Positions 28,685-39,012 are shown, numbered from the whole stretch's first letter. The stretch is 63,368 nt of DNA, filler included, from 4 parts of 4 records of this genome joined end to end with filler, not necessarily neighbours in it; one strand, 5' to 3'. The notes: generated from the letters alone by a model not told the origin. Program-made: numbers and translations.

Positions 28685-30343
28685 TTAGAAAAGTAATAGG
28701 TTACCTTCCCGATCCACTTTGGTACCATCCGCCAATTTTGTTTCCCCGGTCATTCCAGTAAATCCGCGAATTGTCTCCAATGTATCCGCCTCCTCCATTT
28801 TCTTATCGGTGCGCCAACGCTTAATTCGGGGAAAACGCAAAGCCACTCCTGACTTATGACGACCAGAAGAACGGGCCCCTTCAAAAGCGATCTCAAAAAC
28901 CATGCTTGGTTTAACGGAACGAACCGGCCCAAATTTCCCGGTAATATTTTTGCGGACGAATCGGTCGACTTTTTCAATTTCGCTGTCACTTAATCCGGAG
29001 TACGCTTTTGCAACCGTGACCAATTCCCCCTGTTCATTCCAAACTGCAAGGGAATAATCGGAATATAAATTCGAGCGTTTCCCATGTCCAAGTTGAGCAC
29101 TGACCACCACCATATCGGCGAGGTATGGATCGATCTTCCACTTATACCAGGATCCTTTCACCCGGCCGGATTCGTAGGAAGAATTCTTTTTCTTCAGCAT
29201 AAATCCCTCCACTCCACGAGCCCGGGATTCTTGACGAAGCTTCGCCAAATTTGTCCAAGATTCTCCCTCCACCAGCGGAGACAATCCAATGGGAAAATCA
29301 GCCGGGAGCGACGAGAGTGTAATCTCCAACTTCTTTCTTCTTTCTTCCATGGGAAGTGATCTTAGGTCGGACCCTTCCATGCGTAAAATATCATATGCCT
29401 GAAATCTGACCGGTTCCCGCCTGAGAATGGTGGGACCCGGATCCTTTCTTCCCAGTCTGGTCTGAAGACGTGAAAAGGATCGCATTCCCTCCTGGCCCCA
29501 GGCCAGGATTTCTCCATCCAGACAGAGGTCACCGGGAAGCCACTTGCCGGCATCCATTACTTCAGGAAATGAATGACCCACGGATTCATCTCCCCTCGAC
29601 CAAATCATACAAGTACCCCCACGATTAATCAATTGAGCCCGAATCCCGTCCCATTTCCATTCCATTTGCCAATCCTTCACACTGCCCAGTTTCTCGACTT
29701 CTTCCTGCAGTGGATTTGCGAGACAGAACGGAAAAGGTTGGCATACTCGATCCTCATCGACCCCGGGGTTAAGAATACCCTCCATGCGTAAGGTTTTGGG
29801 TGACCAATTTCCGGCCAGTCGCTGGGCAATAATCGCAGGCTGCACTCCGCCCACCCGGGCAAGTGCCTTGCACAGATTTCCTTTAGATACTCCCATCCGA
29901 AATCCCCCGGTGAGCAATTTGTGAAAGGGCAAAAAATCCTTTTCACCCAAAAAGTCCCAGGCTGCAAAAATATTTTCTCTTCTTTGCTCTATTTCCATGC
30001 CGACCATCGGTTCAATAAATTTCCCGATCAGTTCAGCTAAGCCCACCTTTCCCCTCCCCTCGCCCTGGCTGGCAATGAGCAGGGAAATTGTCTCCGCCAG
30101 ATCCCCCACCCGGTCATGGCATTCCTCCAGCAACCATTGCGGAAGCCCACTCCGTTCGGAAGCAAATGTACGGAGCTCCGAAGTTTTGATTGCTCCCTTA
30201 ATTCGGTTGCCCGCGAGGAACCAGCAGACCCAAATAGAATCTTTCGGATCCGCATCGGTTAAGTATTGTACTAAATGGTCGAGTCGATCATTCGTTTTTG
30301 TCGCCTCATCGAGGTCGTGAAAAAGCTGGGAAAACTCCTTCAA
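28685..30343 (-). CDS. ATP-dependent DNA ligase
   Basis: EWKWDGIR adenylation motif, LDGE, EGFMLK, WYKWK and LRFPR. Confidence 0.93.
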   Translation of the reverse strand: MKEFSQLFHDLDEATKTNDRLDHLVQYLTDADPKDSIWVCWFLAGNRIKGAIKTSELRTFASERSGLPQWLLEECHDRVGDLAETISLLIASQGEGRGKVGLAELIGKFIEPMVGMEIEQRRENIFAAWDFLGEKDFLPFHKLLTGGFRMGVSKGNLCKALARVGGVQPAIIAQRLAGNWSPKTLRMEGILNPGVDEDRVCQPFPFCLANPLQEEVEKLGSVKDWQMEWKWDGIRAQLINRGGTCMIWSRGDESVGHSFPEVMDAGKWLPGDLCLDGEILAWGQEGMRSFSRLQTRLGRKDPGPTILRREPVRFQAYDILRMEGSDLRSLPMEERRKKLEITLSSLPADFPIGLSPLVEGESWTNLAKLRQESRARGVEGFMLKKKNSSYESGRVKGSWYKWKIDPYLADMVVVSAQLGHGKRSNLYSDYSLAVWNEQGELVTVAKAYSGLSDSEIEKVDRFVRKNITGKFGPVRSVKPSMVFEIAFEGARSSGRHKSGVALRFPRIKRWRTDKKMEEADTLETIRGFTGMTGETKLADGTKVDREGNLLLF

Positions 30344-31344
30344 TCCAATTCCTCCTCTCGAAAACTGGATTCGTTTAAAACCGAGGCATTGATTCCCTTC
30401 TCTCCCAGAAATCGGCTCAGTGCATCTCCATTCCCATGTGTCAATTTAACCACCTCCGCTCCGGTCCCAGTAATCACATCAATCAGACCAGGCCAATCTG
30501 CATGATCAGAAAGAACAAATCCACGATCAATATTTTTTCTTCTGCGGGGTCCCCGTATTGCCATCCATCCCGATGCAAAACCACGCTTTACCCCACGAAA
30601 TTTCTTCATCCAACTACTATCCTCCACTGCAGGGGGTGCAATGACCATCCCATTAGCAATCACTGTGTCTTTCTCTATTTTTTTAATTGCGGGTAAGGAA
30701 ATCCCCGCATTTTGATAATGTTCGAGGAAGGGATGAACTGCGGAATGGGCATATATTAGTCCAATCGAAGGATCAAGGCCTGCTACTATCCGTTGTGCCT
30801 TTCCTAAAGAGTAAGCAAATACAAGCGAACCCTGTCCAGAATCCTTATTGTGCTTCCACCATCGATTAATTTGGTCGTAAATTTCCTCCTCCGGTTGCCA
30901 ACGGTAAACCGGCAGCCCAAAAGTACACTCCGAAATAAAGCCATGGCAGCTTACGAGCTCGAACGGTTCACAAGTTCGATCCGCCTGTGGTTTGTAATCT
31001 CCACTGACCACCCACACTCTACCACGAACCTCAATTCTGATCTGTGAAGAACCTAAAATATGACCCGCGGGATGAAAAGAAACAATTGCGTCTTGAATTG
31101 TTTGCTTTGTTCCAAAGGGTATTGATTCAATTTTATTTTTTTGCCCGACCCGAATTTGCAACAACGGCCGGCACGAATCCGAACAAAGATAATTTTCATG
31201 CCCCGACCGCGCGTGGTCACTGTGGGCATGAGTAATGAGTGCCCGCTTTACTTGCCCGCGCGGATCAACGTAAAAGTCTCCCGCCGGGCAATAGAGGCCT
31301 TCTTTTTTTAGAATTAAAATTTGATTGTCTCTACTGTTACTCAA
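30340..31344 (-). CDS. Ligase-associated DNA damage response exonuclease (MBL/beta-CASP fold)
   Basis: THAHSDH, AGHILGS, SGDYK, ECTFGLP and LSDHADW motifs; overlaps the ligase start. Confidence 0.9.
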   Translation of the reverse strand: MSNSRDNQILILKKEGLYCPAGDFYVDPRGQVKRALITHAHSDHARSGHENYLCSDSCRPLLQIRVGQKNKIESIPFGTKQTIQDAIVSFHPAGHILGSSQIRIEVRGRVWVVSGDYKPQADRTCEPFELVSCHGFISECTFGLPVYRWQPEEEIYDQINRWWKHNKDSGQGSLVFAYSLGKAQRIVAGLDPSIGLIYAHSAVHPFLEHYQNAGISLPAIKKIEKDTVIANGMVIAPPAVEDSSWMKKFRGVKRGFASGWMAIRGPRRRKNIDRGFVLSDHADWPGLIDVITGTGAEVVKLTHGNGDALSRFLGEKGINASVLNESSFREEELD

Positions 31345-31458
31345 TGAGTATTCAATTGATTCCTAAATAGGAAAAAGGACAAACTTTTTAAAAAAGTGGC
31401 CGAAGGAAAAGGCAATTTCAACCGATTTCTTTGCTTCACAGTACTCATTATTCAAAAA

Positions 31459-31481
31459 TTGAAATAAAAATGAACTTTCAA
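31459..31481. promoter_or_regulatory. Second TTGAAA-N11-TTTCAA box in the divergent exonuclease/sigma intergenic region
   Basis: TTGAAATAAAAATGAACTTTCAA has the same arms and spacing as the umuD box. Confidence 0.45.
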
Positions 31482-31519
31482 TGATCCTTCCCGCGACCCG
31501 GATCGTTTTATTTATCATA

Positions 31520-32464
31520 ATGGTTACTCCACATGTTACAAGATCTCAAGGAAGCGATACTCCTGACCCAGTGGGCAGGTTTATTTCCGATCGTTCACGC
31601 ATGGCACCTCCTTCCAAGGAAGAGTGCGACAAACTTTTTCTGGAAATGTCAAAAGGCTCAGACGAAGCCAGAAAAGAATTAATTGAACGACATATCCGAC
31701 TAGTCGCTTCCATTGCACTCAAGTTCCGCCAGACAAATGTTCAAATGGAAGACATCATGGCCGAGGGCATACAGGGCTTGGTGGTTGCATTGGATAAATT
31801 TGACTACACCAGGGGGATAAAATTAAGCACATATGCAGCATGGTGGATTCGGCAAAGAATTCAGCGCCTCATTGGTAAAATGTCAGGTGCCGTTGCCGTT
31901 CCTCACGATGTTTCCCAAGGAAAGAGAAAAGAAGGTCAAATTCGTTCGTCATTGCAAGTCGATCTGGGTCGTCTGCCTACTGACGACGAAGTCAACGATG
32001 CATTGGGACAGGATAGAAACCTTACCAAACGAGTTAAATTTGCGCCCACCAGCTCCCTCTCGATGGATGAGCCTCTGAGTGAGGATTCCGACAGTACTTT
32101 GGCCGACTTGATGACTGCGGAAGAAGAACTCAAACAATCCTATCGCGAGGATGGTTCACTCTCCGATGATATTGGTGTTGCATTGTCTTTTCTCGATCAA
32201 CGAGAAAGAAAAGTATTAAGCATGCGTTTCGGTATGGAAAAAGGAGAATCAATGAAATTGGATGATATTGCTGATTCGATGAATGTATCTGGTGAGCGCG
32301 TCCGACAGCTCGAATCTCTCGGTTTGAGAAAATTACGGGCAGTCCTCCTGCAAAATGGAAAAATTGACTTTCGAAAATTAGATCAACTGGTCAGTACAGA
32401 TTTACGTGGCAAAACGAAGATGAGTCCTTTAGAACTTTCCCTCGTTTTAGATCCAGCCACATAA
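31520..32464 (+). CDS. Alternative sigma-70 factor (RpoS/RpoH-like size, no region 1.1)
   Basis: Region 2 EGIQGLVVALDKFD..RG.KLSTYAAWWIRQ and region 4 SGERVRQLE. The start could be 31481. Confidence 0.9.
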   Translation: MVTPHVTRSQGSDTPDPVGRFISDRSRMAPPSKEECDKLFLEMSKGSDEARKELIERHIRLVASIALKFRQTNVQMEDIMAEGIQGLVVALDKFDYTRGIKLSTYAAWWIRQRIQRLIGKMSGAVAVPHDVSQGKRKEGQIRSSLQVDLGRLPTDDEVNDALGQDRNLTKRVKFAPTSSLSMDEPLSEDSDSTLADLMTAEEELKQSYREDGSLSDDIGVALSFLDQRERKVLSMRFGMEKGESMKLDDIADSMNVSGERVRQLESLGLRKLRAVLLQNGKIDFRKLDQLVSTDLRGKTKMSPLELSLVLDPAT

Positions 32465-32465
32465 A

Positions 32466-33386
32466 ATGTCTTTTTCCTTATCAAAATGGGTGTGTCCACC
32501 CCCAGAAACTTTTAATGAACCACTTGGTTCAGGCGGACGCGTGGAATGGTTTAGGTGCTTACCGTATGTTCTCATTCACCTGATTACAGTACTTGCCTTT
32601 TTTTATCCGGTTACAATAAGTTGCCTTGTCGTAGCATTGGTCTCATACAGCTTACGTATGTTTTCAATTACCGCATTTTATCACCGTTATTTTTCGCATC
32701 GTAGTTTCAAGACTTCCAGACTTGTTCAATTTATTGGTGCGTTCGTTGCCTGTAGTTCGGGCCAAAGGGGTCCACTGTGGTGGGCCGCACATCACCGAAG
32801 GCACCACAAACATTCCGATACCGAAGAAGATGTTCACTCCCCTCACACGAAGAGTTTTTTTTGGAGTCATACCCTTTGGTTCATGACCGACTATGCAGTG
32901 CCCACTTTTCTTAAAGAAATCCCGGATTGGTTAAAATTCAAAGAACTTCGGTTTTTAAACCGCTTTGATTGGATACCACTCGTTTTACTCGGATTTGCCT
33001 GTTACTACGCACCCGAAATTACTTGGTTTGCAGAGCTTACCGGACTCTCTAATATGCAGATGTTATTATGGGGATTTTTTGTCCCCACAATCGTTCTTTA
33101 TCATGCTACATTTGCAGTAAACTCAATTACTCACATGTTTGGAAAAAGGCGGTTTAATACCAAAGATGAAAGCCGAAACAATTGGATTGTTGCCATCTTT
33201 GCATTCGGAGAAGGCTGGCACAATAATCACCACTTCTTTCCGGGATCTGCGAGGCAAGGATTTTTCAAAGGAGAATTCGATCTTACTTACTACGGTTTAA
33301 AATTTCTTTCTTTCTTTGGCCTGGTTCGCGACCTCCGGCCGGTTCCGGGTTGGGTGAAACAAAAAGCAATCGATTCCTCTTCCTAA
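32466..33386 (+). CDS. Membrane acyl-CoA/acyl-lipid desaturase (delta-9-like)
   Basis: His boxes HRYFSH, HRRHH and HNNHH. Confidence 0.92.
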   Translation: MSFSLSKWVCPPPETFNEPLGSGGRVEWFRCLPYVLIHLITVLAFFYPVTISCLVVALVSYSLRMFSITAFYHRYFSHRSFKTSRLVQFIGAFVACSSGQRGPLWWAAHHRRHHKHSDTEEDVHSPHTKSFFWSHTLWFMTDYAVPTFLKEIPDWLKFKELRFLNRFDWIPLVLLGFACYYAPEITWFAELTGLSNMQMLLWGFFVPTIVLYHATFAVNSITHMFGKRRFNTKDESRNNWIVAIFAFGEGWHNNHHFFPGSARQGFFKGEFDLTYYGLKFLSFFGLVRDLRPVPGWVKQKAIDSSS

Positions 33387-33389
33387 ATT

Positions 33390-34628
33390 GTGAAAATTGC
33401 AGTGGTGGGATCGGGCATATCCGGTTTAGCGTGTGCCTACCTGTTACATAATAAGCATGATCTCACCTTATTCGAATCTGAAAAAAAACCGGGTGGTCAT
33501 GTCAATACCGTGGAAACCAAAGGAAAGACAGGAACTTTCCAGGTGGATACTGGCTTTATTGTTTTCAACCAAGAAAATTATCCCAACTTAATCCGCTTAC
33601 TGGATCAATTAGGGGTGCAATCCCAGCCCACCCGAATGGGATTTTCAGTTCAGTCCGATAAGTTAAACCTTGAATATAGCGGAGAGAACATCCGTGGACT
33701 ATTTGGACACATTCGTAATCTCCTCGATCCCAAACACTGGAATATGGTCCGCGATATCTTACGCTTTCATGAACTCGCAAAAGAAAAGAGTAACCCGGAA
33801 CAAACCATTGAATCCTTTTTAGAAAAAAATAATTTTGGAAATCGTTTTTCTAACTACTTTCTATTACCGCTCGGATCTGCACTCTGGTCATGCTCACCCG
33901 AAAAATTTGGTAATTTCCCGATGGAATTTGTCTCCGACTTTCTTTCCAACCATCAAATGCTACAAGCCAATAACAGGCCTATTTGGCGGGTAATAAAAGG
34001 AGGGTCACACACCTATGTTAATCGATTAATTGATTTACTGGGCGACCGGATTCAGTTGAATACACCTATTCAAAATGTCCGGCGGGTCGAAAATGGAATT
34101 TCCCTCACCCTACCAGACGGAACCGAGCAAGAATTTGATGAAGTGATCCTGGCCTGTCATGCCGATCAATCCCTCCGCTTACTTGAATGTCCCACCGGGG
34201 AAGAAAAAAATCTCCTACAATCCTTCCCCTATCAAAAAAATCGGGTTACTTTGCATAGTGATGATTCAGTACTACCGAGAAGAAAATCCGCACGGGCGAG
34301 TTGGAATGCTTATCTCCCCCAAAAAGAAAGTACCGAAGCATTGGTCACCTATGACATGAATATTTTACAAAACCTGCCCACCCAGGAACCATTTTGCGTA
34401 TCCCTCAACCAGGAAAATATAGTAAAACCAGACCTGATACACGGTAACTACCATTTTTCCCACCCCACTTATCACTCGGGTAGAAAAGAAGCCCAGTCCA
34501 AACACCAATCCTTTATCCGCAATCGAGGCGTTTCTCTTTGTGGTGCGTACTGGGGTTATGGATTTCATGAGGATGGATTAAATAGCGGTTTGCGGGTGTG
34601 TAAGGAATTTGGTGAAGTTCTCGGATGA
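33390..34628 (+). CDS. FAD-dependent oxidoreductase (UfaD-like)
   Basis: GSGISGL, VDTGFIVFN..NYP and GAYWGYGFHEDG motifs. Confidence 0.88.
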   Translation: MKIAVVGSGISGLACAYLLHNKHDLTLFESEKKPGGHVNTVETKGKTGTFQVDTGFIVFNQENYPNLIRLLDQLGVQSQPTRMGFSVQSDKLNLEYSGENIRGLFGHIRNLLDPKHWNMVRDILRFHELAKEKSNPEQTIESFLEKNNFGNRFSNYFLLPLGSALWSCSPEKFGNFPMEFVSDFLSNHQMLQANNRPIWRVIKGGSHTYVNRLIDLLGDRIQLNTPIQNVRRVENGISLTLPDGTEQEFDEVILACHADQSLRLLECPTGEEKNLLQSFPYQKNRVTLHSDDSVLPRRKSARASWNAYLPQKESTEALVTYDMNILQNLPTQEPFCVSLNQENIVKPDLIHGNYHFSHPTYHSGRKEAQSKHQSFIRNRGVSLCGAYWGYGFHEDGLNSGLRVCKEFGEVLG

Positions 34629-35383
34629 AAAGTTCCCTCTATTTCGGCGAGGTAAGACATCAAAGAAAAAGTCCAATAAAACATGCCTTTTCTTACCGGG
34701 TTTTCATGACTCACCTCTTCCTCGACGAGTTGAGTGAAGTCTTTCAAAAAAGATGGTTCTGGTCGCTTGACCGATTGAACCTCTCCTCTTTTTTCCGAAA
34801 GGATTATCACAAACCAGAACATCACGATCTGGCCGATGCGGTACGACTGACCATGAGTAAACAACTGGGATATGAAGTCAAAGGGCCCGTATCCATCATT
34901 ACCCACCTACGTACATTCGGGTATTGCTTCAACCCCGTCTCATTTTACTACTGTTGGAACGAGGAAAAAAGTAAACCCCATGCATTAATGGCAGAGATTA
35001 CCAATACTCCCTGGCACGAACGGTATGCAAAATGTTTTCGTTGGGACAAAAAGGATCAGGATAAATCAAAGCATTCCTTCGCAAAGGAATTCCATGTCTC
35101 CCCTTTCATGGGAATGAATATTGACTATGACTGGAGATTTCTTGGCCCCGCAGATAAGCTCAAGGTGGACATGATTTTGCGGGAGAACAAAGAAATCCTC
35201 TTTACCGCACACCTCAATCTTGCGAATAAAGAATTAAACTCTGCCAATATGGCGTGGGCTTTGATCCGTTTTCCTTTTCTTACTTTTCGAATAACCTTTG
35301 GAATTTATTGGCATGCTCTGCTTCTTCGTTTAAAAGGGTGTAAATTTTATCCTCATCCAAAAAATTCAATTTCAACTTCCTAA
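34625..35383 (+). CDS. DUF1365 protein (UfaO-like)
   Basis: H.R..P..H.F.Y, GYCFNPVSFYYC, EITNTPW and KEFHVSPFM motifs. Confidence 0.9.
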   Translation: MKSSLYFGEVRHQRKSPIKHAFSYRVFMTHLFLDELSEVFQKRWFWSLDRLNLSSFFRKDYHKPEHHDLADAVRLTMSKQLGYEVKGPVSIITHLRTFGYCFNPVSFYYCWNEEKSKPHALMAEITNTPWHERYAKCFRWDKKDQDKSKHSFAKEFHVSPFMGMNIDYDWRFLGPADKLKVDMILRENKEILFTAHLNLANKELNSANMAWALIRFPFLTFRITFGIYWHALLLRLKGCKFYPHPKNSISTS

Positions 35384-36652
35384 ATGACAGAAAAAAAAGC
35401 CAAGCAGGAAACTAAACTTGCCAATTCAGAAACCTCACAAAATGGGTTTTGGAAAAGAGCCCTTCTTTCACAATTAAAAAAAATCGATCGGGGTTCATTG
35501 ACTGTCGAAACAAATAATGGCACTCAACAATTGGGCTCTCCTTCCCAGAATAGAATCTCAGCTACAATTCAGGTTACCAATTCTGACTTCTTCCGAAAGG
35601 CTTGCCTAGGTGGTTCGCTTGGAGTGGCAGACAGTTATGCGGAGGGAGATTGGAAAACGGATGATTTAGTAAGCGTATTTCGCCTCTTTCTACAAAATCA
35701 GGATGTGATGGACGGAATGGAAAGCGGTTGGGCATCCCTACTCAACCGAGTGGCAAGGTGGGGATATTTAATCGGGCAAAAAAACACCATTAAGGGAAGT
35801 CGCAAAAATATCGCTCTCCACTACGATCTGGGGAACGATTTTTATGAACTCATGCTTGATCCCACCATGACCTATTCGTGTGGTATTTTCAATTCACCCG
35901 AGAGTACACTCGAAGAAGCATCACTGGCAAAATACGACCGAATCATCGATCAGCTTGATATTCAACCCCACCACCATATTTTAGAAATTGGGTGCGGATG
36001 GGGTGGATTTGCCGACCGGCTTGCTCAACGAACCCAAGCCAAACTAACCGCCACCACAATTTCCGACCGTCAATTTGAATACGCTCAAAACCGGATTCAA
36101 AAAAACGGATTCGAAGATAGGGTATCGATCATAAAAAAAGACTACCGCGATTTAGTTGGTCAGTTTGACCGGATTGTTTCAATCGAAATGATCGAGGCGG
36201 TAGGCCATGAATTCCTCCCCGGATATTTTTCCAAAATTTCCGACCTCTTGCTCTCCAACGGTGCTGCCATGATTCAGGGAATTACCATGCCCGATCATCG
36301 CTACAGGCAGTACCTCAAGGAGGTCGATTATATCCGCACCCGAGTATTTCCCGGAAGTTGCGTACCCTCCGCCTCGGCAATGATCGAAGCGGCGGTCAAA
36401 AACTCGGACCTCCGCCCTGCAGATCTGCACGACTTCGGGTACCATTATTCACGCACCCTGCGGGAATGGCGCCTACGCTTTTTGGATAATGAAAAATCGA
36501 TCAAGGAACTCGGTTACGACGAACATTTCCGAAGAGCCTGGATTTATTACTTATGCTATTGCGAAGCCGGATTTGAGGAAGGGTATACTGGAGATATCCA
36601 CCTGTTACTCGCCAAGCCGGAATGTAAACTCGCTCGGGGCTTCCCTCAATGA
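35384..36652 (+). CDS. Cyclopropane-fatty-acid synthase family SAM methyltransferase (UfaM-like)
   Basis: HYDLGNDFY, LEIGCGWG, SIEMIEAVG and YLCYCEAGF motifs. Confidence 0.92.
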   Translation: MTEKKAKQETKLANSETSQNGFWKRALLSQLKKIDRGSLTVETNNGTQQLGSPSQNRISATIQVTNSDFFRKACLGGSLGVADSYAEGDWKTDDLVSVFRLFLQNQDVMDGMESGWASLLNRVARWGYLIGQKNTIKGSRKNIALHYDLGNDFYELMLDPTMTYSCGIFNSPESTLEEASLAKYDRIIDQLDIQPHHHILEIGCGWGGFADRLAQRTQAKLTATTISDRQFEYAQNRIQKNGFEDRVSIIKKDYRDLVGQFDRIVSIEMIEAVGHEFLPGYFSKISDLLLSNGAAMIQGITMPDHRYRQYLKEVDYIRTRVFPGSCVPSASAMIEAAVKNSDLRPADLHDFGYHYSRTLREWRLRFLDNEKSIKELGYDEHFRRAWIYYLCYCEAGFEEGYTGDIHLLLAKPECKLARGFPQ

Positions 36653-37188
36653 AAACGAAATCATCCTATCTCCTCGACCTGGTAATTTTTCAAATAGCAT
36701 GGTTTTGCTGTGTCCTCGCTCCCCTGAGCCCAATCCCGCAAGCACTCCCTGTCATTGGCTTAGTCCTGGTACTTATTCGCACCCAGTTTTCCCGTGGATT
36801 GAAAGAAGTTCTCCCCTTTGCCATTGCCTGTTTCCTACTGGGTGTGGCGGGCGATGCAGGTTTAGTTCAACTTGGCCTGCTTTCTTTCGATGCATATCCT
36901 GATTGGTTCGGTGCCCCCCTTTGGATGGTTGCCCTGTGGCTTAATTTTGGACTAATGCTCAGGCCACTATTCACCTGGTTCCTCGATCATTGCTGGCGGG
37001 CAATTATTGGCTTCTCTGCCGGTGGCGTGGTCGCCTACTATTCAGGTCAAAAATTGGGAGTTCTCACCTTAACTGTAGATATTCAATCCCAATTGGGGGT
37101 GGCAGCAGAATGGGCTATTGCCGGTATTATCCTACGCTACCTCCATCTTAAATTCCCCAGCACTCCACAAGAAAATGAGCACGCTTGA
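36649..37188 (+). CDS. DUF2878 membrane protein
   Basis: FQIAWFCCVL, PLWMVALW and GG..AY..G motifs; operon context. Confidence 0.8.
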   Translation: MKTKSSYLLDLVIFQIAWFCCVLAPLSPIPQALPVIGLVLVLIRTQFSRGLKEVLPFAIACFLLGVAGDAGLVQLGLLSFDAYPDWFGAPLWMVALWLNFGLMLRPLFTWFLDHCWRAIIGFSAGGVVAYYSGQKLGVLTLTVDIQSQLGVAAEWAIAGIILRYLHLKFPSTPQENEHA

Positions 37189-37975
37189 ACTTCTTCTATA
37201 CGGACAATTAGGTGCCTCCCTGGTAATGGCGATTGCCTGGGCTCATGCAATCGTCATCAAAAATACATCCTATGTGGATGTGTTGTGGGGCTATGGAGTT
37301 GGCATCCTTGGATTTATTTATCTGGTTTTGGAAAGCGAAACTTGCGATCCCACTCGTTTGGCACTTCTGAAAGCACTCCTCCTCACTTGGTCAATTCGAT
37401 TGGGAACCCATTTACTCACAAGGTGCTGGGGGAAACCAGAGGATGCACGCTACGCCTATCTGAGAGCAGCGATGGGAGGGAAAGCACAATTGGGATTCTT
37501 TGTCTTTTTCCAGGTACAGGCATTTTGGGTGGTTTTATTCGCTTCTCCATTCTTAATACTCGTAAAAAATCCAAATCCAATTAATTCACTCGATCACATC
37601 GGACTCATTATTTGGCTGACCGGTTTTGCTGGGTTACACCTGGCGGATAAACAACTCAAACTATTTAAACAAACTCCCGGCCGTACTCGGGCAGATGTAT
37701 GCAAAACAGGATTATGGAAATTTTCCCGGCACCCCAATTATTTTTTCGAATGGATTCTATGGATTGGTTATATCCTTCTTGGTTGGCAGGCACCAAGTGG
37801 TGTATGGCTTTTACTTCTCCCCATTATTTTATATATTTTCCTCTCTAAAATTACCGGCGTTCCCTTCGTGGAGGCAAGAAAACTGGAAGCAAGCGGAGAG
37901 GAATATAAAACTTACATAAAACAAACCAACTCCTTTTTCCCTTGGTATCCCCAAAAAAAAGATTTTTCCTCATGA
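37175..37975 (+). CDS. DUF1295 (steroid 5-alpha-reductase-like) membrane protein
   Basis: VDVLW, EDARY, ADKQL and GLWKFSRHPNYFFE motifs. Confidence 0.88.
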   Translation: MSTLELLLYGQLGASLVMAIAWAHAIVIKNTSYVDVLWGYGVGILGFIYLVLESETCDPTRLALLKALLLTWSIRLGTHLLTRCWGKPEDARYAYLRAAMGGKAQLGFFVFFQVQAFWVVLFASPFLILVKNPNPINSLDHIGLIIWLTGFAGLHLADKQLKLFKQTPGRTRADVCKTGLWKFSRHPNYFFEWILWIGYILLGWQAPSGVWLLLLPIILYIFLSKITGVPFVEARKLEASGEEYKTYIKQTNSFFPWYPQKKDFSS

Positions 37976-39012
37976 GCATCACTAATTTTTTAATCGATCT
38001 TGCAGAACGTGGCCTCGTACCCGATTTCATGATCCGGGCTGGCATTCGAAATCTTTGCAAAAAACGATTACAACAATGCAGATCAGATAACTGCGAGGCC
38101 AACGCCGAACTGGCGGAAAAATACATTGCCGATTCCGATGCCTCTCCCATGGCCGTGCTCACTGAAAAAGCCAATGAACAACACTACGAAGTACCCGCCG
38201 AATTTTACAGGCACGCCCTTGGAAAAAACTTAAAATATAGTTCCTGTTACTACGAAGAAAAAAATAAATCCCTTCATGAAGCGGAAGACAGGGCACTCCA
38301 ATTAACCTGCGAACATGCACAATTAGAAGAGGGTCAGGATATTTTAGAATTGGGTTGCGGATGGGGTTCACTATCACTTTGGATGGCTAAAGAATTCCCC
38401 CGATCTTCCATTACCTCGATTTCCAATTCCAATTCCCAACGGGAATATATTCTCGGCCAGGCTCGCAGTCGGGGGATCGAAAACCTTCGGGTAATTACGG
38501 CTGACATTAATGCATTTGAAACTGATTCAACCTATGACCGAATTGTTTCCGTGGAAATGTTCGAGCATGTAAGAAACCACCGGGAACTCTTCCGGCGAGT
38601 CAACAGCTGGCTCAAAAACGGGGGGAAATTATTCACTCATGTATTCTGCCATCGGTCCACATCCTATCCATTCGATGTGGAAGGAGAGGATGATTGGATG
38701 TCCCAACACTTTTTTAGTGGAGGCACCATGCCCGCGGATGAACTTTTCCTTCGAATCTCAGGAACACTCGAACTGGAACATCGCTGGCGTTGGTCTGGCA
38801 CACATTACGCAAAAACATCCGAGGATTGGCTTCTCAATATTGATCAGTCACGCGATGATATCCTATCCCATTTCCAACAAGACCTCAGCATAGCGGAGGC
38901 CCATCGAACCTTTAATCGATGGCGCATCTTCTTCCTCGCCTGTGCAGAGACTTTTGGTTTTAGGAATGGACAGGAATGGTGGGTCAGTCATTACTTGTTT
39001 AAAAAACAATGA
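37972..39012 (+). CDS. Second CFA-family SAM methyltransferase (coclaurine N-methyltransferase-like)
   Basis: ANEQHYEVP, LELGCGWGS, SVEMFEH and WRIFFLACAE motifs. Confidence 0.88.
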   Translation: MSITNFLIDLAERGLVPDFMIRAGIRNLCKKRLQQCRSDNCEANAELAEKYIADSDASPMAVLTEKANEQHYEVPAEFYRHALGKNLKYSSCYYEEKNKSLHEAEDRALQLTCEHAQLEEGQDILELGCGWGSLSLWMAKEFPRSSITSISNSNSQREYILGQARSRGIENLRVITADINAFETDSTYDRIVSVEMFEHVRNHRELFRRVNSWLKNGGKLFTHVFCHRSTSYPFDVEGEDDWMSQHFFSGGTMPADELFLRISGTLELEHRWRWSGTHYAKTSEDWLLNIDQSRDDILSHFQQDLSIAEAHRTFNRWRIFFLACAETFGFRNGQEWWVSHYLFKKQ

